NCBI RefSeq assembly: GCF_021028975.2
Contig: NC_059439.1
Coordinates: 23,932,001-23,996,000, forward strand
Length of the DNA stretch: 64,000 nt
DNA from: Sphaerodactylus townsendi
Taxonomy: Eukaryota
Direction of reading: 5' to 3'
Shown here: positions 62,522 to 64,000 of the stretch, one piece after another
How the letters are laid out: each line of letters starts with the position of its first letter
How positions within the stretch are numbered: position 1 is the stretch's first letter
Made by a program: the position numbers and the translations under genes
The notes under the pieces: model-generated
Told to the model about the DNA's origin: nothing
What the model saw: the letters and a program-made list of their open reading frames with translations, nothing else
The model's database searches: none

Positions 62522-62834
62522 AGCAGCAGTGGCGTAGGAGGTGAAGAGCTTGTGTATCTAATCTGGAGGAACTGGGTTTGATTCTCCGCTCTGCCACCTG
62601 AGCTGTGGAGGCTTCTCTGGGGAATTCAGATTAGCTTGTACACTCCCACACACGCCAGCTGGGTGACCTTGGGCTAGTCACAGCTTCTTGGAGCTCTCCC
62701 AGCCCCACCTACATCACAGGGCATTTGTTGTGAGGGGGGAAGGGCAAGGAGATTGTAAGCCCCTTTGAGTCTCCTACAGGAGAGAAAGGGGGGATATAAA
62801 TCCAAACTCTTCTTCTTCTTCTTCTTCTTCTTCT
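62522..62834 (+). mobile_element. Young tRNA/CORE-type SINE
   Basis: Full-length copy with a long (TCT)n tail. Confidence 0.9.
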
Positions 62835-63409
62835 CTTTACGATATAGGCTTCTGTGGAATAGAAGGGTGTGTGGGTTCAGGGAGAATCTCTCATCATTGT
62901 ATGAAAACAACCAACAACTCATGGCATGCTGTGAGCTCTCTTTATACTTAAGAATTTCAAGTGATTGTTCCAAGACTAAGGCTTGGTTCTTTTGGTTTAG
63001 GTACGACCTGTGTCATTATGCAGTGAGAACTGCAATCCTGGATATAGAATGACAAAGAGGGAAGGGGAGCCCTTCTGCTGTTATAACTGCAGCCAATGTC
63101 CAGAAGGGACAATCTCTGATCATCAAGGTAAGAGATGTACACTACAGAGTCCTCAGATGGGTTGGCGGTACCCTTAGAGGAATGTGCCTGTAAGAGAAAG
63201 CAAGATGTAAAACATAGAAAAGCCTCAGGATTAGATAACAAGTTACAAAGAAACTGCGGCCTGGTAAGCATGATTTGGGGGGAGCCTTCACACAGGCGCT
63301 GCTGCCAAATTGATGCAACATTGCTCTCTCCCCCCTGAAATGGTATTTTTGAACCATGCCCCCCAATCAAGGTTTTGGGAGAATGCCGGCTTCTGTCCAG
63401 TGTCTAGAG

Positions 63410-63547
63410 CAGGGGTCTTCAAACTATGGCCCTCCAGATGTTCATAGACTACAATTCCCATGAGCCCTACCACTTGGCCATGCTGGCAGGGGTTGATGGG
63501 AATTGTAGTCCATGAACATCTGGAGGGCCATAGTTTGAAGACCCCTG
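63410..63547. mobile_element. Palindromic hAT MITE, 138 bp
   Basis: Near-perfect long inverted arms; 8-bp TSD gtctagag. Confidence 0.92.
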
Positions 63548-63559
63548 GTCTAGAGTATG

Positions 63560-63899
63560 GCACTGGGTGAAAACCAGCGTATTTTCCATGCTGCTCTTGG
63601 ATGCCTCCTATCTCCTGCCGCCTTCCTTCACTTTGTGGAGGGAGGGGACACACCTCCTGGCCTCTGACCCCAGAAGTGTTGCTCTGGCCATGGGGGCGTG
63701 TCCCCTGGCCTTCACAAGGACACAAAAAGCGGCAGAAGGTAAGAGGTTTTGGGGAGAGTCGCGGCCAGTGCAAAGGATGTGCCGCCGCATGGAAGTCAGC
63801 GGGGCCATTCATGCAAATGGCCCAGCAAATGATCCTGGGGAATGCATCGGCATGAACTATACAAATGCACCCACACTCAGCTGGAGTGTGGAAACGGCC
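63560..63899. mobile_element. Older Harbinger-type element, right portion
   Basis: Ends gtgtggaaacggcc; internal homology to 23498-24035; left end not located. Confidence 0.55.
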
Positions 63900-64000
63900 T
63901 GAGAGGTGGCAGCAAACATTGTAGGCTCACAGGATACACCACTCATTTTCACACTGGTTTCATATTCTAATACTGTATCAAGGCAGAATACACACTCGTG

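Overview
Vertebrate genomic DNA; the repeat content suggests a squamate reptile, probably a gecko (inference). The window is a chemosensory receptor cluster. It has one intact single-exon OR4-family olfactory receptor (4969-5892, +) and four multi-exon vomeronasal type-2 receptor (V2R, class C GPCR) genes whose GT-AG boundaries and phases I traced by hand. V2R-A (-) has intact exons 1-4 but no exon 5 or 6 was found. V2R-B (-) is complete, ~872 aa. V2R-C (+) is complete, ~875 aa. V2R-D (+) has exons 1-4, with the rest presumably beyond the window. There is also a decayed 7TM exon and an orphan exon-2 fragment. Introns and intergenic DNA are packed with tRNA/CORE-type and 5S-derived SINEs, CR1, L2, L1, RTE/RTEX-like, Rex1, R4-like and Penelope fragments, and hAT and Harbinger-type MITEs. 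Seven N-gaps are present. Main observations: (1) a 24-bp paired-homeodomain motif TAATTA-N3-AAAG(G/C)A-N3-TAATT upstream of all four V2R start codons; (2) evidence that the 33160-49986 contig is mis-oriented; (3) V2R-A lacking its membrane-anchoring exons; (4) a divergent ligand pocket in V2R-D; (5) a young hAT element with a hairpin CpG minisatellite. No prokaryote-type system (e.g. CRISPR) is present. Most short ORFs in the supplied track are spurious or repeat-derived.
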